From positions 1-51,417 of the forward strand of contig CAXXKA010000007.1 of NCBI GenBank assembly GCA_963668625.2: 51,417 nucleotides of DNA, read 5' to 3'. The notes beneath the pieces were generated by a model, which saw only the letters and a program-made list of their open reading frames with translations, was not told the origin of the DNA and did not search any database. Shown here in pieces: positions 39,653 to 49,605 of this stretch. Position 1 is the stretch's first letter. Each line of letters starts with the position of its first letter. This stretch comes from an uncultured candidate division Zixibacteria bacterium (GTDB taxonomy: Bacteria; Zixibacteria; MSB-5A5; UBA10806; 4484-95). The translations under genes and the position numbers were made by a program.

Positions 39653-42268
39653 GTGAAAATTTCAGTACTTGCGACATTTTTACTCCTGCTGTTGTTATGC
39701 CCTCAGGCTTTCAGCCAGGATATCATTATAAAACCTGACCATCAGTTAGATCAACTTAATAATGATGATTCTTTCTATAGCGTATTCAGGTTCGGCACCG
39801 AGGGTATATCGCTGGCGTTATCGGGAGGCGGCGCCAGATGTTTGGCCCAGATAGGCGTGCTGGAGGTATTCGAGGAGAACGATATACCGATAAAATTCAT
39901 TGCCGGCACCAGCATGGGAGCGATTATCGGCGGCCTGTATTGCGCCGGCTACTCGCCAGCAGAGCTGCATGTGATTGTAGTCGAAACCGACTGGGATGAA
40001 CTATTGTCTTCCGCTCCGATACGCTCCTCGATACTTGCGACCGCCAAAGGCCGTCAGGAGAAATCCCTCATAAAAGTCGGTATCGATAATTTCCAACCTG
40101 TGCTCCCTCGGGGTATTACCTCCGGCCAGAAACTCTCGAATCTTCTGACGGAGTTGAGCTATCGTGCGGGTGTAAAAACAACCATAAGCTTCGACCTTCT
40201 GAATCCGCCATTCCGGGCGACCGCCACCGATCTGGTTACCGGTAAGCTGGAGGTAATATCCTCGGGTGACCTGGCCGAGGCGATGCGCGCCTCGATGTCA
40301 TTCCCTATCGGCTTTACGCCGGTGGTAACCGAGGGCAAACTTTATGTCGATGGCGGGCTGATCAACCCGATACCGGTTGATTTATGCCGTGAGATCGCCG
40401 GCGGGCCGACCGTGGCGGTAAACACCACCTCGCCTCTATTGCCGGCGGCGGAGATCGCCGACGCTATCGATATGGCCAACCAGACGACCACCGTGATGTC
40501 AATGCATAATCTCGAGGATCAACTGGCAAAAGCCGATATCGTACTCACGCCCGATGTCGGTAATCACAAAACGTTCGATTTCTCCGATTCGGAGCGCCTG
40601 ATAGAAGTAGGCCGTCAAGCTGCCCGGCGTATTATACCACAGATAAAAAACGCCATGATGCTGGAGAATAAACATAGAGGAGCGGTTTTCCCGATCTCTA
40701 AGGTAAAGATCGCGGGCATGGTAAACATGCCGGAATCGTTTTTCGAATCGTATATCGAATCCGGAGATTCCGTGTACGAATCGACTATCAGGAATAATCT
40801 CAACGTACTGCAACGCTCCGGGTATATCCGCAACGTCAGGGCCGAGCTCACGGATTCGGCCGGGTCATACTGCCTGACTTACGTTATCGAGGACAATCCG
40901 CGTATCAGGGGATTCGCGTTTTCGGGTCTGACCAAGTTTTCCCCGCGCACTATCTCGAATAACTTACAGTCCAAAATCGGCGAGATTGCCAATTACAACA
41001 AATTCCTCGAGGATGTCAACTCTATCGAAAATATTTACTCAGGGTCGGGTTATCCTCTGGCCAGGGTAAAACTACCTTATGTGAATCCCAAAACCGGTAT
41101 CGCGCTGATTACCGTGGATGAGGGAATAATCAATGATATGTCTTACGTGGGGAACGATTACACCCAGGACTGGGTAATTCAACGCGATATACAACTAAAA
41201 AAGGGCAAACTTTTTACGGCCGCGAGAGCCCAACGAAGTTTGAACGATTTGTATGCCACCGGCTTGTTCGAGACCGTTAAGCTGACCGCCGAACCGTGCA
41301 CGGTTGGTATCGACCTTACTATCAAGGTAGAGGAGAAATCGTTTAACTATATTCGTTCGGGAATGAGGTACGATACGGAATACAAGGCGGCGGGATTTAT
41401 CGATATGGTTGGTTCCAACCTGTATGGTACGGGTAATGAGGCGTTCCTCTCCGGGCAGTTCGGCGAGCGGAAGCGGGCATATCAATTCAATCTTAAAGCA
41501 GATAGGGTGTTTAAAACATATTTAACTTATAAACTGACCGTGGGATATTCGCTTTTCAAACGCAATTACTATTCGATGCACGAAAAAATAGGCTTTTTAA
41601 AAGAGACCTCTACGGGGGCTGAACTGGAGATAGGCCGTCAATTTCCGAGGCTGGGCAAACTTTCGATGGTGCTCAACTATTCCCGCAATCTTTACGACAA
41701 CCCGGGTGATACCGATACCGAAGATTTCCGGCAGGTTTCGATTTCGATCAGGTCGTTAGTCGATACGTTCAATTCATTGCCTCTTCCCGAAACAGGCAAG
41801 TACCATTATTTCGACCTGGAGTTTTCCAGTGATGTTTTCGGAGGTGAGTTGATCTATACCAAGTTTTATACCATGGCCGAGGCATATTACCGACTGCCGC
41901 TGGGATTTAATTTTCATCCCCGGGGGGAACTCGGGTTTTTCAACAGGACTCCGCCGTATTTCAAGAAATTTTTCCTCGGGGGGCGAAACTCGTTTTACGG
42001 CCTTCACCAGCACGAGCTTGCAGGCGAGAAAATACTGGGTGTGTCATTCGAATTGCGCAAACGTATATACGACTTCCTGTACGTAACCGGTCGATACGAT
42101 TTCGGCAAGGTCTGGAATAATTTGCAATCGATTCGTTTCGATGAGTTGGAGCACGGAGTGGGTGGCTCGGTTGTTATCAAAACACTTGTCGGCCCTATCG
42201 GAGTAGATTACGGGCGCACCTCGGACGGGCTGGATATGTGGTATTTCTACGCAGGATATGACTACTGA
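39653..42268 (+). CDS. Patatin-like phospholipase fused to POTRA domains and an Omp85 barrel (PlpD/type Vd-like)
   Basis: Signal peptide, SGGGAR, GTSMG, DGG, POTRA-like repeats (LYATGLFETV), beta-barrel ending YAGYDY. Confidence 0.9.
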   Translation: MKISVLATFLLLLLLCPQAFSQDIIIKPDHQLDQLNNDDSFYSVFRFGTEGISLALSGGGARCLAQIGVLEVFEENDIPIKFIAGTSMGAIIGGLYCAGYSPAELHVIVVETDWDELLSSAPIRSSILATAKGRQEKSLIKVGIDNFQPVLPRGITSGQKLSNLLTELSYRAGVKTTISFDLLNPPFRATATDLVTGKLEVISSGDLAEAMRASMSFPIGFTPVVTEGKLYVDGGLINPIPVDLCREIAGGPTVAVNTTSPLLPAAEIADAIDMANQTTTVMSMHNLEDQLAKADIVLTPDVGNHKTFDFSDSERLIEVGRQAARRIIPQIKNAMMLENKHRGAVFPISKVKIAGMVNMPESFFESYIESGDSVYESTIRNNLNVLQRSGYIRNVRAELTDSAGSYCLTYVIEDNPRIRGFAFSGLTKFSPRTISNNLQSKIGEIANYNKFLEDVNSIENIYSGSGYPLARVKLPYVNPKTGIALITVDEGIINDMSYVGNDYTQDWVIQRDIQLKKGKLFTAARAQRSLNDLYATGLFETVKLTAEPCTVGIDLTIKVEEKSFNYIRSGMRYDTEYKAAGFIDMVGSNLYGTGNEAFLSGQFGERKRAYQFNLKADRVFKTYLTYKLTVGYSLFKRNYYSMHEKIGFLKETSTGAELEIGRQFPRLGKLSMVLNYSRNLYDNPGDTDTEDFRQVSISIRSLVDTFNSLPLPETGKYHYFDLEFSSDVFGGELIYTKFYTMAEAYYRLPLGFNFHPRGELGFFNRTPPYFKKFFLGGRNSFYGLHQHELAGEKILGVSFELRKRIYDFLYVTGRYDFGKVWNNLQSIRFDELEHGVGGSVVIKTLVGPIGVDYGRTSDGLDMWYFYAGYDY

Positions 42269-42465
42269 TACGAAATATAAATTGTAATTAATCCGAAATA
42301 TTCAACTCATATATTTAAATTACATTATTCTCCCAGCTAATGATTTTAATGGTAATTGATGTTTCGATTTTCAGGTTTTGTTCAGAAATTTTCTCTCCCG
42401 ATAAAGAATTAATATGTATCTGTCGAAAATTAGTGTGTAATCTCACAATTCTCATAGGGGGCAAG

Positions 42466-44073
42466 TTGTCTACACTTGGTAAACGAGTATCGAGGTTGAG
42501 TATAAATGTAAAGTCTATCGCTTTCATGGCCGTGGTAATTACATTCATTCTCGGCGTATCGTTTTTCTATTTGATAAACCGTCAGATAGGCTTGGATCAG
42601 GAGAAGAAGAAGCAGGATTTGCTTACGGCTACCTCGATGCTTATCTCGGGTATGGATTACCCGATGGTAATCGGCGAAATGGATCAGGTCGATAAGCTGT
42701 TCAGGAAAACGGTAACCGATAGTATTCTTTACTCGATACGGTTGATTAACCGCGAACGTATGATATCGATATCCGATAAAAGCGATGAGGTCGGGAAGAA
42801 ATTCGGCGATAATATTTTCGATGAGGTCGAGCAATCGAAGAAATCCGCTTATATTGAGGAGGAACACAAACTCCGATATTACACCCCTTTGCTTGCGCGG
42901 GCCGAATGTGTCGATTGCCATGATATAGAAATCGATGGTGTTCTCGGAGTGGTCGAGATGACCATGGCTACCGAGGATATAGAGGCTCAGGCTGCTTATA
43001 ATAAAATGCTTTACCTCCTGACTCTCGGTGTTTTACTTATCGCGATCACGATTTCGTTATATATCAATATCCGGCATAATATTATCAGCCCGATAAAAGC
43101 GATCGAGGAGACTTTGAAGGATATAGCTCAGGGTGAGGGAGATTTGACCAGAAAATTGAACATAGCCTCCGAGGATGAAATCGGACGCTTATCGGGTTGG
43201 TTCAATTTGTTTATCGATAAGATAAGGGATATTATAATCAAGGTGGCCGGGAGCACCGACCATGTTCTGGAGATTGCCGGTCAGGCGTTATCGGCGGCGG
43301 AGCAGTTAACCTCTGGGGCAGGCGAACAGGCCGAGCAAACCTCCCAGGTTTCGGCGGCTATCGAGCAGATGTCGGTTTCTGCCGTTGAGTCCTCGAACAA
43401 GATCAGCGATATCAACAACATGACCGAGAACGTAGCCGAGACCTCGCGCACCGGCAGCCGTCTGGCGGAGGAGACAGTTTCGGGCATGGATAAAATAGTG
43501 GAGGCCTCGAATATGTCGGCCATGAGTATCGAGGGGCTGGCCGAAAGAGCGGCGGGTATAGGTGAGATCATCAAGGTAATAGATGATATTGCCGATCAGA
43601 CAAACTTACTGGCGCTAAACGCCGCTATCGAGGCCGCCAGAGCGGGGGAGCAGGGACGCGGTTTCGCGGTAGTTGCCGATGAGGTAAGGAAATTGGCCGA
43701 TAGAACCTCGAAAGCCACCCGGGAGATAGCCGAGAATATCAAAAATATTCAGGATGAGGTCAAGATATCATACGAACAGGTAAATGAGTCGAAAGAGTAT
43801 CTCGAAAGCGGCCGCAAGCTGGTGGAGGATACCAATCAATCGCTTCAGGGTATATTAACCGAGGTCGAGTCGGTTCAGGATATGATGCGGCAAATATCCG
43901 GTGCTGCCGGTGAACAGGCCGAGGCCGCCCAGATAGTCGCTAAAAGCGTTCACGAGGTGGATAGAGTTAGTGGTAATACGAAAGAGAATGTCGCCACGAT
44001 AGAGTCAATATCCGAGAAGCTAAACGAGGAGGCCGGCGAGTTGAAAAAGCTGGTCGGAGCGTTCAAGCTGTGA
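42466..44073 (+). CDS. Methyl-accepting chemotaxis protein with periplasmic c-type heme motif (start uncertain)
   Basis: TM-sensor with CVDCH-TM-HAMP-MCP signal domain. In-frame TTG at 42466 after GGGGG. Confidence 0.88.
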   Translation: MSTLGKRVSRLSINVKSIAFMAVVITFILGVSFFYLINRQIGLDQEKKKQDLLTATSMLISGMDYPMVIGEMDQVDKLFRKTVTDSILYSIRLINRERMISISDKSDEVGKKFGDNIFDEVEQSKKSAYIEEEHKLRYYTPLLARAECVDCHDIEIDGVLGVVEMTMATEDIEAQAAYNKMLYLLTLGVLLIAITISLYINIRHNIISPIKAIEETLKDIAQGEGDLTRKLNIASEDEIGRLSGWFNLFIDKIRDIIIKVAGSTDHVLEIAGQALSAAEQLTSGAGEQAEQTSQVSAAIEQMSVSAVESSNKISDINNMTENVAETSRTGSRLAEETVSGMDKIVEASNMSAMSIEGLAERAAGIGEIIKVIDDIADQTNLLALNAAIEAARAGEQGRGFAVVADEVRKLADRTSKATREIAENIKNIQDEVKISYEQVNESKEYLESGRKLVEDTNQSLQGILTEVESVQDMMRQISGAAGEQAEAAQIVAKSVHEVDRVSGNTKENVATIESISEKLNEEAGELKKLVGAFKL

Positions 44074-44206
44074 TACTCCCGTAAATTACTCCCTTTGGAT
44101 ATGCCGAACCGGCAACCTCCGGTTCCAAAACGCCGCTTTGTAACCTGCTTGTATAAACCGGGAATGATTGAATAACATCTATAAATAAAACACGCTACGA
44201 AGCAGT

Positions 44207-44364
44207 GGGATTGTTGAAAAAGTCATCATTGACGTCATTGCGAGGTAGTGAAACGGATGAAGTCCTTTGTTCATCCTTTCCCGGCGATATACCGCATGAA
44301 ATCAGGTGTCAGGAAATGGTTCCTAACACCTCAGGTATAAAACAAGAACTTTTTCAACAAGCCC
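44207..44364. mobile_element. MITE family B (158 bp) inserted in a hairpin
   Basis: TIR GGGATTGTTGAAAAAGT / ACTTTTTCAACAAGCCC (16/17). Flanks cgctacgaag-cagt | cttcgtagcg reconstitute a 10-bp stem. Confidence 0.75.
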
Positions 44365-44414
44365 CTTCGTAGCGAGGTATTGATCTTGATTTTAATTCTG
44401 GATGTGAATACTTC

Positions 44415-45023
44415 CTACAATAACTCCTCGATTTTCGAAGTAATCTCATCACTCATCGGAGCTACTTTCGTCTCGAAACGCGCCACCGGTTTACCATCCC
44501 TATCGAGCAGGAACTTGGTGAAATTCCACTTGATATCCCCCTCAAAACCGCTTTCCGTGGTCAGGTATTCGTACAGCGGACTAATGTCATCCCCTTTAAC
44601 GCTGATTTTCTCCATCATGGGGAAGCTGACATCGAAATTGGTAGTGCAGAACTGGAGTATCTCCTCGTTGGAGCCCGGCTCCTGATTGCCGAAATTGTTG
44701 GCCGGGAAACCGATCACCACCAGGCCTTTATCCTTGTACTTGTCATAAAGCTCCTCCAGACCGGCGTACTGTTTCGTGTAACCGCATTTGGAGGCGGTAT
44801 TGACTATCAGCACGATTTTACCGTGATACGATTCCAGGTCGGTCTGTTCGCCGGTTATGGTATTGAATGTGAAATTCGTTTGAGTCGCTTGCATATTATT
44901 ATCCCCCTCGTGCGCGTGTGTATTGTTATCGCCGACACCGCAGGAACCGCAGTGGGCCAAAGCGTATGATGCTACCCCCATAAAGGCTAAGATAGCCATC
45001 ACCATGAGTTTTTCTTTAACCAT
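44415..45023 (-). CDS. Exported Cys-type glutathione peroxidase family protein
   Basis: VNTASKCG, FPANNFGNQEPG, KWNFTKFL. AAAGGAG RBS before ATG 45023. Signal peptide. Confidence 0.92.
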   Translation of the reverse strand: MVKEKLMVMAILAFMGVASYALAHCGSCGVGDNNTHAHEGDNNMQATQTNFTFNTITGEQTDLESYHGKIVLIVNTASKCGYTKQYAGLEELYDKYKDKGLVVIGFPANNFGNQEPGSNEEILQFCTTNFDVSFPMMEKISVKGDDISPLYEYLTTESGFEGDIKWNFTKFLLDRDGKPVARFETKVAPMSDEITSKIEELL

Positions 45024-45191
45024 TGTCTCTCCTTTATTGAAAAGCGTTTTCAATATCATGTTTGTTGATAGTATAACGATTGGAGGGTGGGATGATGTTC
45101 CGAGTAGATACAAGGAGGTTATCTGCTTGACTATATTGGCTATAAATATTATTTATTTACTACCGAATTAGGTAATAATAAGGATGATACG

Positions 45192-46274
45192 ATGAAATTG
45201 AAGAAGATAGTTCTTAAGGGATTTAAAACATATAAAGAATTAGATTTTGAGTTATCTGATATTAATGTGCTAATTGGTCAAAATGGGGCCGGGAAATCTA
45301 ATTTTTTATCTTTATTTAGGTTAATTTATGAGATAATTCAGAATAATCTTCAAACTTACATTCTTGAGGCGGGCGGCTACGATTACTTTTTATATTATGG
45401 TCGAAAAACTACAGAAGAGTTAGAATTTAGATTAGTCTTTGAGGATTTTTTTTATAAGGCTATACTAATTCCTTCTCAGAAAAATAACCTATTTTTTAAT
45501 TATGAAAGTATTGTCCCCAATGGGGGAGACATAGAATGGGGAGATCCTAGAGCAAATAGAGCACATGAAGAAACTGGTCTTCACCGTGGAGTGAGTGGGA
45601 GTTTTGGTGAAATTATTACGCAAAACATAGAGTACCTTAAAAAGTGTGTTCTTTATCATTTTCATGATACCAGCGACTCTTCGAAAATGAAAAAATTATC
45701 AGATATTAACGATAATGAAATTTTAAGAACTGATGGAGCCAATATAGCTGCTTATCTTTACTATATTAGGGAATCACATTATCAGTATTATGAAAACATT
45801 TTAGATATAATAAAAAGAGTTGTACCCAATTTTGAAGATTTTAATTTAAGATTGAGTAGATATAATAATAATAGAATATTATTAGAGTGGAAAGAAAAAG
45901 GTACCGATTCTTACCGTGATGCCAATTACCTGTCCGATGGATCACTGCGATTTATCTGCCTGGTAACCTTGCTTATGCAACCGGAATTACCACCTATTAT
46001 CATTTTAGATGAACCGGAGTTGGGTTTACATCCCTCAGCGATCAATATTCTTGCAGGCTTAATTAAAAGCGCTTCTTCAAAAACGCAGATCATCTGTTCT
46101 ACTCAATCGGTAACCCTCGTAAATAAGTTCGAGCCTCATGATATTATCGTTGTCGATCGAAAAGACAAAAAATCGACCCTTGAGAGATTGGGCGAAAAGC
46201 AATTACAGGAATGGCTCGAAGACTATGAACTCGGCGATCTCTGGGAAAAGAACGTCATTGGCGGTACCCCTTAA
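45192..46274 (+). CDS. AAA/ABC-type ATPase (AAA_21-like)
   Basis: GQNGAGKSN Walker A, LSDGSLRF signature, ILDEPELGLHP, STQS. AT-rich. Confidence 0.9.
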   Translation: MKLKKIVLKGFKTYKELDFELSDINVLIGQNGAGKSNFLSLFRLIYEIIQNNLQTYILEAGGYDYFLYYGRKTTEELEFRLVFEDFFYKAILIPSQKNNLFFNYESIVPNGGDIEWGDPRANRAHEETGLHRGVSGSFGEIITQNIEYLKKCVLYHFHDTSDSSKMKKLSDINDNEILRTDGANIAAYLYYIRESHYQYYENILDIIKRVVPNFEDFNLRLSRYNNNRILLEWKEKGTDSYRDANYLSDGSLRFICLVTLLMQPELPPIIILDEPELGLHPSAINILAGLIKSASSKTQIICSTQSVTLVNKFEPHDIIVVDRKDKKSTLERLGEKQLQEWLEDYELGDLWEKNVIGGTP

Positions 46275-46276
46275 AA

Positions 46277-46936
46277 ATGACACAGTTAATAGCAATAGTG
46301 GAGGGGCAAACTGAACTAGAATTTGTGAAACAGATTTTATATAATCATTTATGGCCAAAGGGTATCTTTGTTCGACCTTTATTAGTTAGTACTAAAATTA
46401 AAGGCCCCGTTACATTAACTAAAGGTGGAGTAGTTAAATATATATTAGCGAGAAAAGACATCCTCAGCGGCCTAAATCAAAATGACAAACCTTATGTCAC
46501 AACTATGATTGATTATTATGGTTTACCAAAAAGCTATCCTGGAATGGACAGTGTTCCAAACGGTACCTGTAATAATAAGGTAGAATTCTTAGAACAACAA
46601 ATCGCAGATGATATAAACCATAGAAGGTTTATACCTTATCTACAATTACATGAATTCGAGGCGATTTTATTCGCATCGCCTGAAAAAATATGTGATACTT
46701 TAATTCAATCGGATAAATTGCAGGAAGTACAAAAAGTCAGGGATACCTTCAATAATCCTGAAGAGATTAATGATAATCCCCAAACCTGCCCATCAAGAAG
46801 AATTAAAAATATCTTCCCTGAATATAATAAAGTCGTATATGGTCCTCTTATTTCACAAAGAATTGGACTATCCATCATAAGAGAAAACTGTCCCCATTTT
46901 AATCAATGGCTTACTAAGCTTGAAAGTATTCAATAG
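46277..46936 (+). CDS. DUF4276-like TOPRIM-fold protein
   Basis: IVEGQTE, TTMIDYYGLP, YLQLHEFEA, PEEIND, CPHFNQWL. Starts 2 bp after the ATPase gene. Confidence 0.82.
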   Translation: MTQLIAIVEGQTELEFVKQILYNHLWPKGIFVRPLLVSTKIKGPVTLTKGGVVKYILARKDILSGLNQNDKPYVTTMIDYYGLPKSYPGMDSVPNGTCNNKVEFLEQQIADDINHRRFIPYLQLHEFEAILFASPEKICDTLIQSDKLQEVQKVRDTFNNPEEINDNPQTCPSRRIKNIFPEYNKVVYGPLISQRIGLSIIRENCPHFNQWLTKLESIQ

Positions 46937-46962
46937 TTAAGCAATCCCCTTAACATTTCCTC

Positions 46963-46990
46963 TTGCCGAATTTCAATTTTATATTATACT
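46963..46990 (+). promoter_or_regulatory. Sigma70-type promoter upstream of tRNA-Ala/SRP RNA
   Basis: TTGCCG-16 nt-TATACT. Confidence 0.55.
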
Positions 46991-47146
46991 AAAGCAAGGA
47001 AGTGGGTCGCGGGATTTTATCTCTTTGATAACCCCAGGCGCATATTTCCGTATAAGTCACTCGTTGCTATTGTAGTTAAGGGTGATAGCGTAGTTAGCGG
47101 ATGAGGATGTCCACTAACCACGTGCCATGTTCTTTTACGATATCAC

Positions 47147-47219
47147 GGGGCTGTAGCTCAGTTGGGAGAGCGGTACGTTCGCAACGTACAGGTCGTCGGT
47201 TCGATCCCGATCAGCTCCA
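47147..47219 (+). tRNA. tRNA-Ala(CGC)
   Basis: Full cloverleaf, anticodon loop ttCGCaa, G3:U70 pair, TTCGA T-loop. CCA not encoded. Confidence 0.97.
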
Positions 47220-47236
47220 TTTAAAACTAAATATTG

Positions 47237-47505
47237 CAGCGTGCTAAGCGGGGAGTTAGCGGTGCCCTGTACCCGGAATCCGCTATACCGGGGCCTAATT
47301 CCCACCCAAGGCCTGTAACTGTTTGATGACATCGATTCGGAGGTGTTGATCGAACGGGCCTTGCGCAACGGCAGGCCACCCAACCCCGTCAGGACCGGAA
47401 GGTAGCAGCGGTAAGTGGATTCTCCGTGTGATGCAAGTCTACTCGGACGTGAGCTTTTCGGTCGATGAAGTCACTCGGCCAAAGGTCGATGGTGGGTGCA
47501 CGTTG
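47237..47505 (+). ncRNA. ffs: Signal recognition particle RNA, large (Alu-containing) bacterial type
   Basis: Helix-8 motif cccgtcaggaccggaaggtagcagcgg. 5' Alu-like gcggtgccctgtacc..aatccgcta. Ends pair cagcgtgc/gcacgttg. Lies just upstream of dnaX. Confidence 0.92.
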
Positions 47506-47536
47506 TTTTTTTTTACAAGGGGGAACCTCTTAATCG

Positions 47537-49241
47537 ATGAGTTACTTAGCCTTAGCCAGGCGCTACAGGCCCGATAGTTTCAGCCGTATACTTGCCCAGA
47601 ACCATATTACGAAAACTCTGGCCAACGCGCTGAAATCGGGACGGATCGCCCATGCTTTCTTGTTTTGTGGGCCTCGCGGTACCGGCAAAACCTCAACCGC
47701 CCGGGTTCTGGCCAAGTCGCTTAATTGCGAAAAGGGGCCGACCTCCGAACCCTGTGGTGAGTGCAACAATTGCAAGGAGATCAAAACCGGGGTATCGCCC
47801 GATGTTTTCGAGATCGACGCCGCCTCCAATCGGGGTATCGATGATATCCGGGAGTTGCGCGAGAACGTGCGTTATTCGCCGGTATCGGGACGGTACAAGA
47901 TATACATCATCGATGAGGTCCATCGCCTTACAAACGAGGCTTTCGACGCCCTCCTGAAAACATTGGAAGAGCCCCCGTCACATGTGATATTCATGTTTGC
48001 CACCACCGAGCCGCAGAATCTGCCGGCTACGATACTATCGCGTACCCAGCGTTTCGATTTCAAGCGCGTGCCGGTGAACTCGCTGGCCGAGACTGTCACC
48101 AATGTGGCTAAGGAGGAGGGGCTGGTAATCGAGCCAAAGGCGGCCATACTGATTGGGCGTAAAGCCGATGGTTCTTTACGTGATGCTCTCTCGCTACTCG
48201 ATCAACTGATCAGTTTCTCCGAGGGCGAGATCACCATGAAATCATGCGCCGATATACTGGGGCTGGTTCGCACCGAGTTCCTGTTCGATCTGACCGGGGC
48301 GATATTTACCCACGATACGCACGCGGTGATGGAGTATTTTCGGGTCTATTTCAGCGAGGGTAGTGATATAGAGCAACTGGCAGATGAACTTCTGAGCTTC
48401 ATCTCCAAGCTGCTGATGATTAAAAACGATATCAAAGATACCTCGCTTCTGGAGATGGACATGAAAGAGGTGGAGAAAGCGGTTACATTAATTGCCGAAC
48501 TGGACACCTCCGATCTTCTACGCATGATGAACCTTTTAAGCGAGTTCAATCTCAATAAGAAAGCCGGGTGTTGATCCGGTCGTGGCGATGGAGGTGGCGC
48601 TAACCTCTATGGCCGGGCTTGATAAGACGATCGAGTTAAGCAAGTTGCTTTCGGGCATGAATAATCCCGGTGTGCCGGGCAATCCGGGTAATCCCGGAAG
48701 GGGGTCGGTTCCGGTAAGCAATCAGGCGCCGGTGCGTAAGGTGACTTACGCCAAACCGCCGGGGTATATCGGCAATAGTAATAATAATAATGTCAGCGTG
48801 CAGCCAAAAAACTCGAATCAACCCAAAGAGGTGGAGCCGCCGACCGGCGATCATGATTTGAAAGAAATCGATCAATGGTGGGCTAATTTTCTGGGATTCA
48901 TGCGCGCTAAAAGTATGATGCAATGGAGTCAGATTAGTCGACTTACCCTGGAGGGTACCGAGGATAGCGCCGTTCTACTGGGTTATACCGATGGCACCAA
49001 GCCACTTAAGGACCTGTTGAGTAAGTCGAAAAAGGCGGTTTGCGAACATTTAAGTGAATTTTGCGGAAACGAGACATCCATAACGTTCGTTAAAGCCAAC
49101 AATATCGGGAAATCAACCCCGAATAATGGCGGGCTAAAATCGCTTGATTCCGCCAAAGAATTTTTAGATAATCACCCGAAGATAAAAAAGGTGAACGATT
49201 TGATTGATGGTGACATCATTGGATATAAAGGGAGCAACTAG
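47537..49241 (+). CDS. dnaX: DNA polymerase III subunit gamma/tau (one apparent +1 frameshift near 48566)
   Basis: LARRYRP, GPRGTGKT, EIDAASN, IIDEVH. Removing one G from gccGGGtgt joins the two ORFs as KKAGVDPVVAMEV. Confidence 0.93.
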
Positions 49242-49283
49242 ATGAATCAGAAATTATTCATAGATATGATTAAAGGAGCTTAT

Positions 49284-49601
49284 ATGGCTAAAGGACTCGG
49301 CGATTTGATGAAACAGATGCAAAAGATGCAGGCATCTGTGGAGAAAATGCAGGAAGAGCTTGCCGAAAAAGAGGTCGAGGGCTCGGCCGGTGGCGGCATG
49401 GTTAAGGTGAAAGCCAACGGCAGACAGGAAATTCTAGAGATCAAGATCGATCCCGAGGTAGTAGACCCCGAGGATGTCGAGATGCTCGAGGAGCTGATTT
49501 TAGCGGCCGTCAATCAGGCTCGCGAAAATGCCGAGAAACTTCAGGCGGATGGCCTTTCCGGATTGGCAGGCGGCTTGCCGATACCCGGGCTGAAATTCTA
49601 A
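49284..49601 (+). CDS. ybaB: YbaB/EbfC nucleoid-associated protein
   Basis: MKQMQKMQ, GSAGGGMVKV, DVEMLEELILAAVN. AAGGAG RBS. dnaX-ybaB-recR synteny. Confidence 0.95.
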   Translation: MAKGLGDLMKQMQKMQASVEKMQEELAEKEVEGSAGGGMVKVKANGRQEILEIKIDPEVVDPEDVEMLEELILAAVNQARENAEKLQADGLSGLAGGLPIPGLKF

Positions 49602-49605
49602 TACC

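Noticed and set aside
42431-42448. TGTG...TCACA CRP/Rex-like site upstream of the heme MCP
   Set aside because: Imperfect match to either consensus, so it cannot be supported from one instance.
44415-45023. Possible selenocysteine GPx
   Set aside because: The active-site codon is Cys in an uninterrupted ORF, with no in-frame TGA.
47147-47219. tRNA-Ala as an integration site for the upstream ATPase pair
   Set aside because: No duplicated tRNA fragment or integrase seen in the window.
48555-48582. Programmed dnaX gamma/tau frameshift
   Set aside because: It would need +1 to make the long product, has no A6G or A9 slippery run, falls early in the protein, and matches the neighbouring homopolymer errors.
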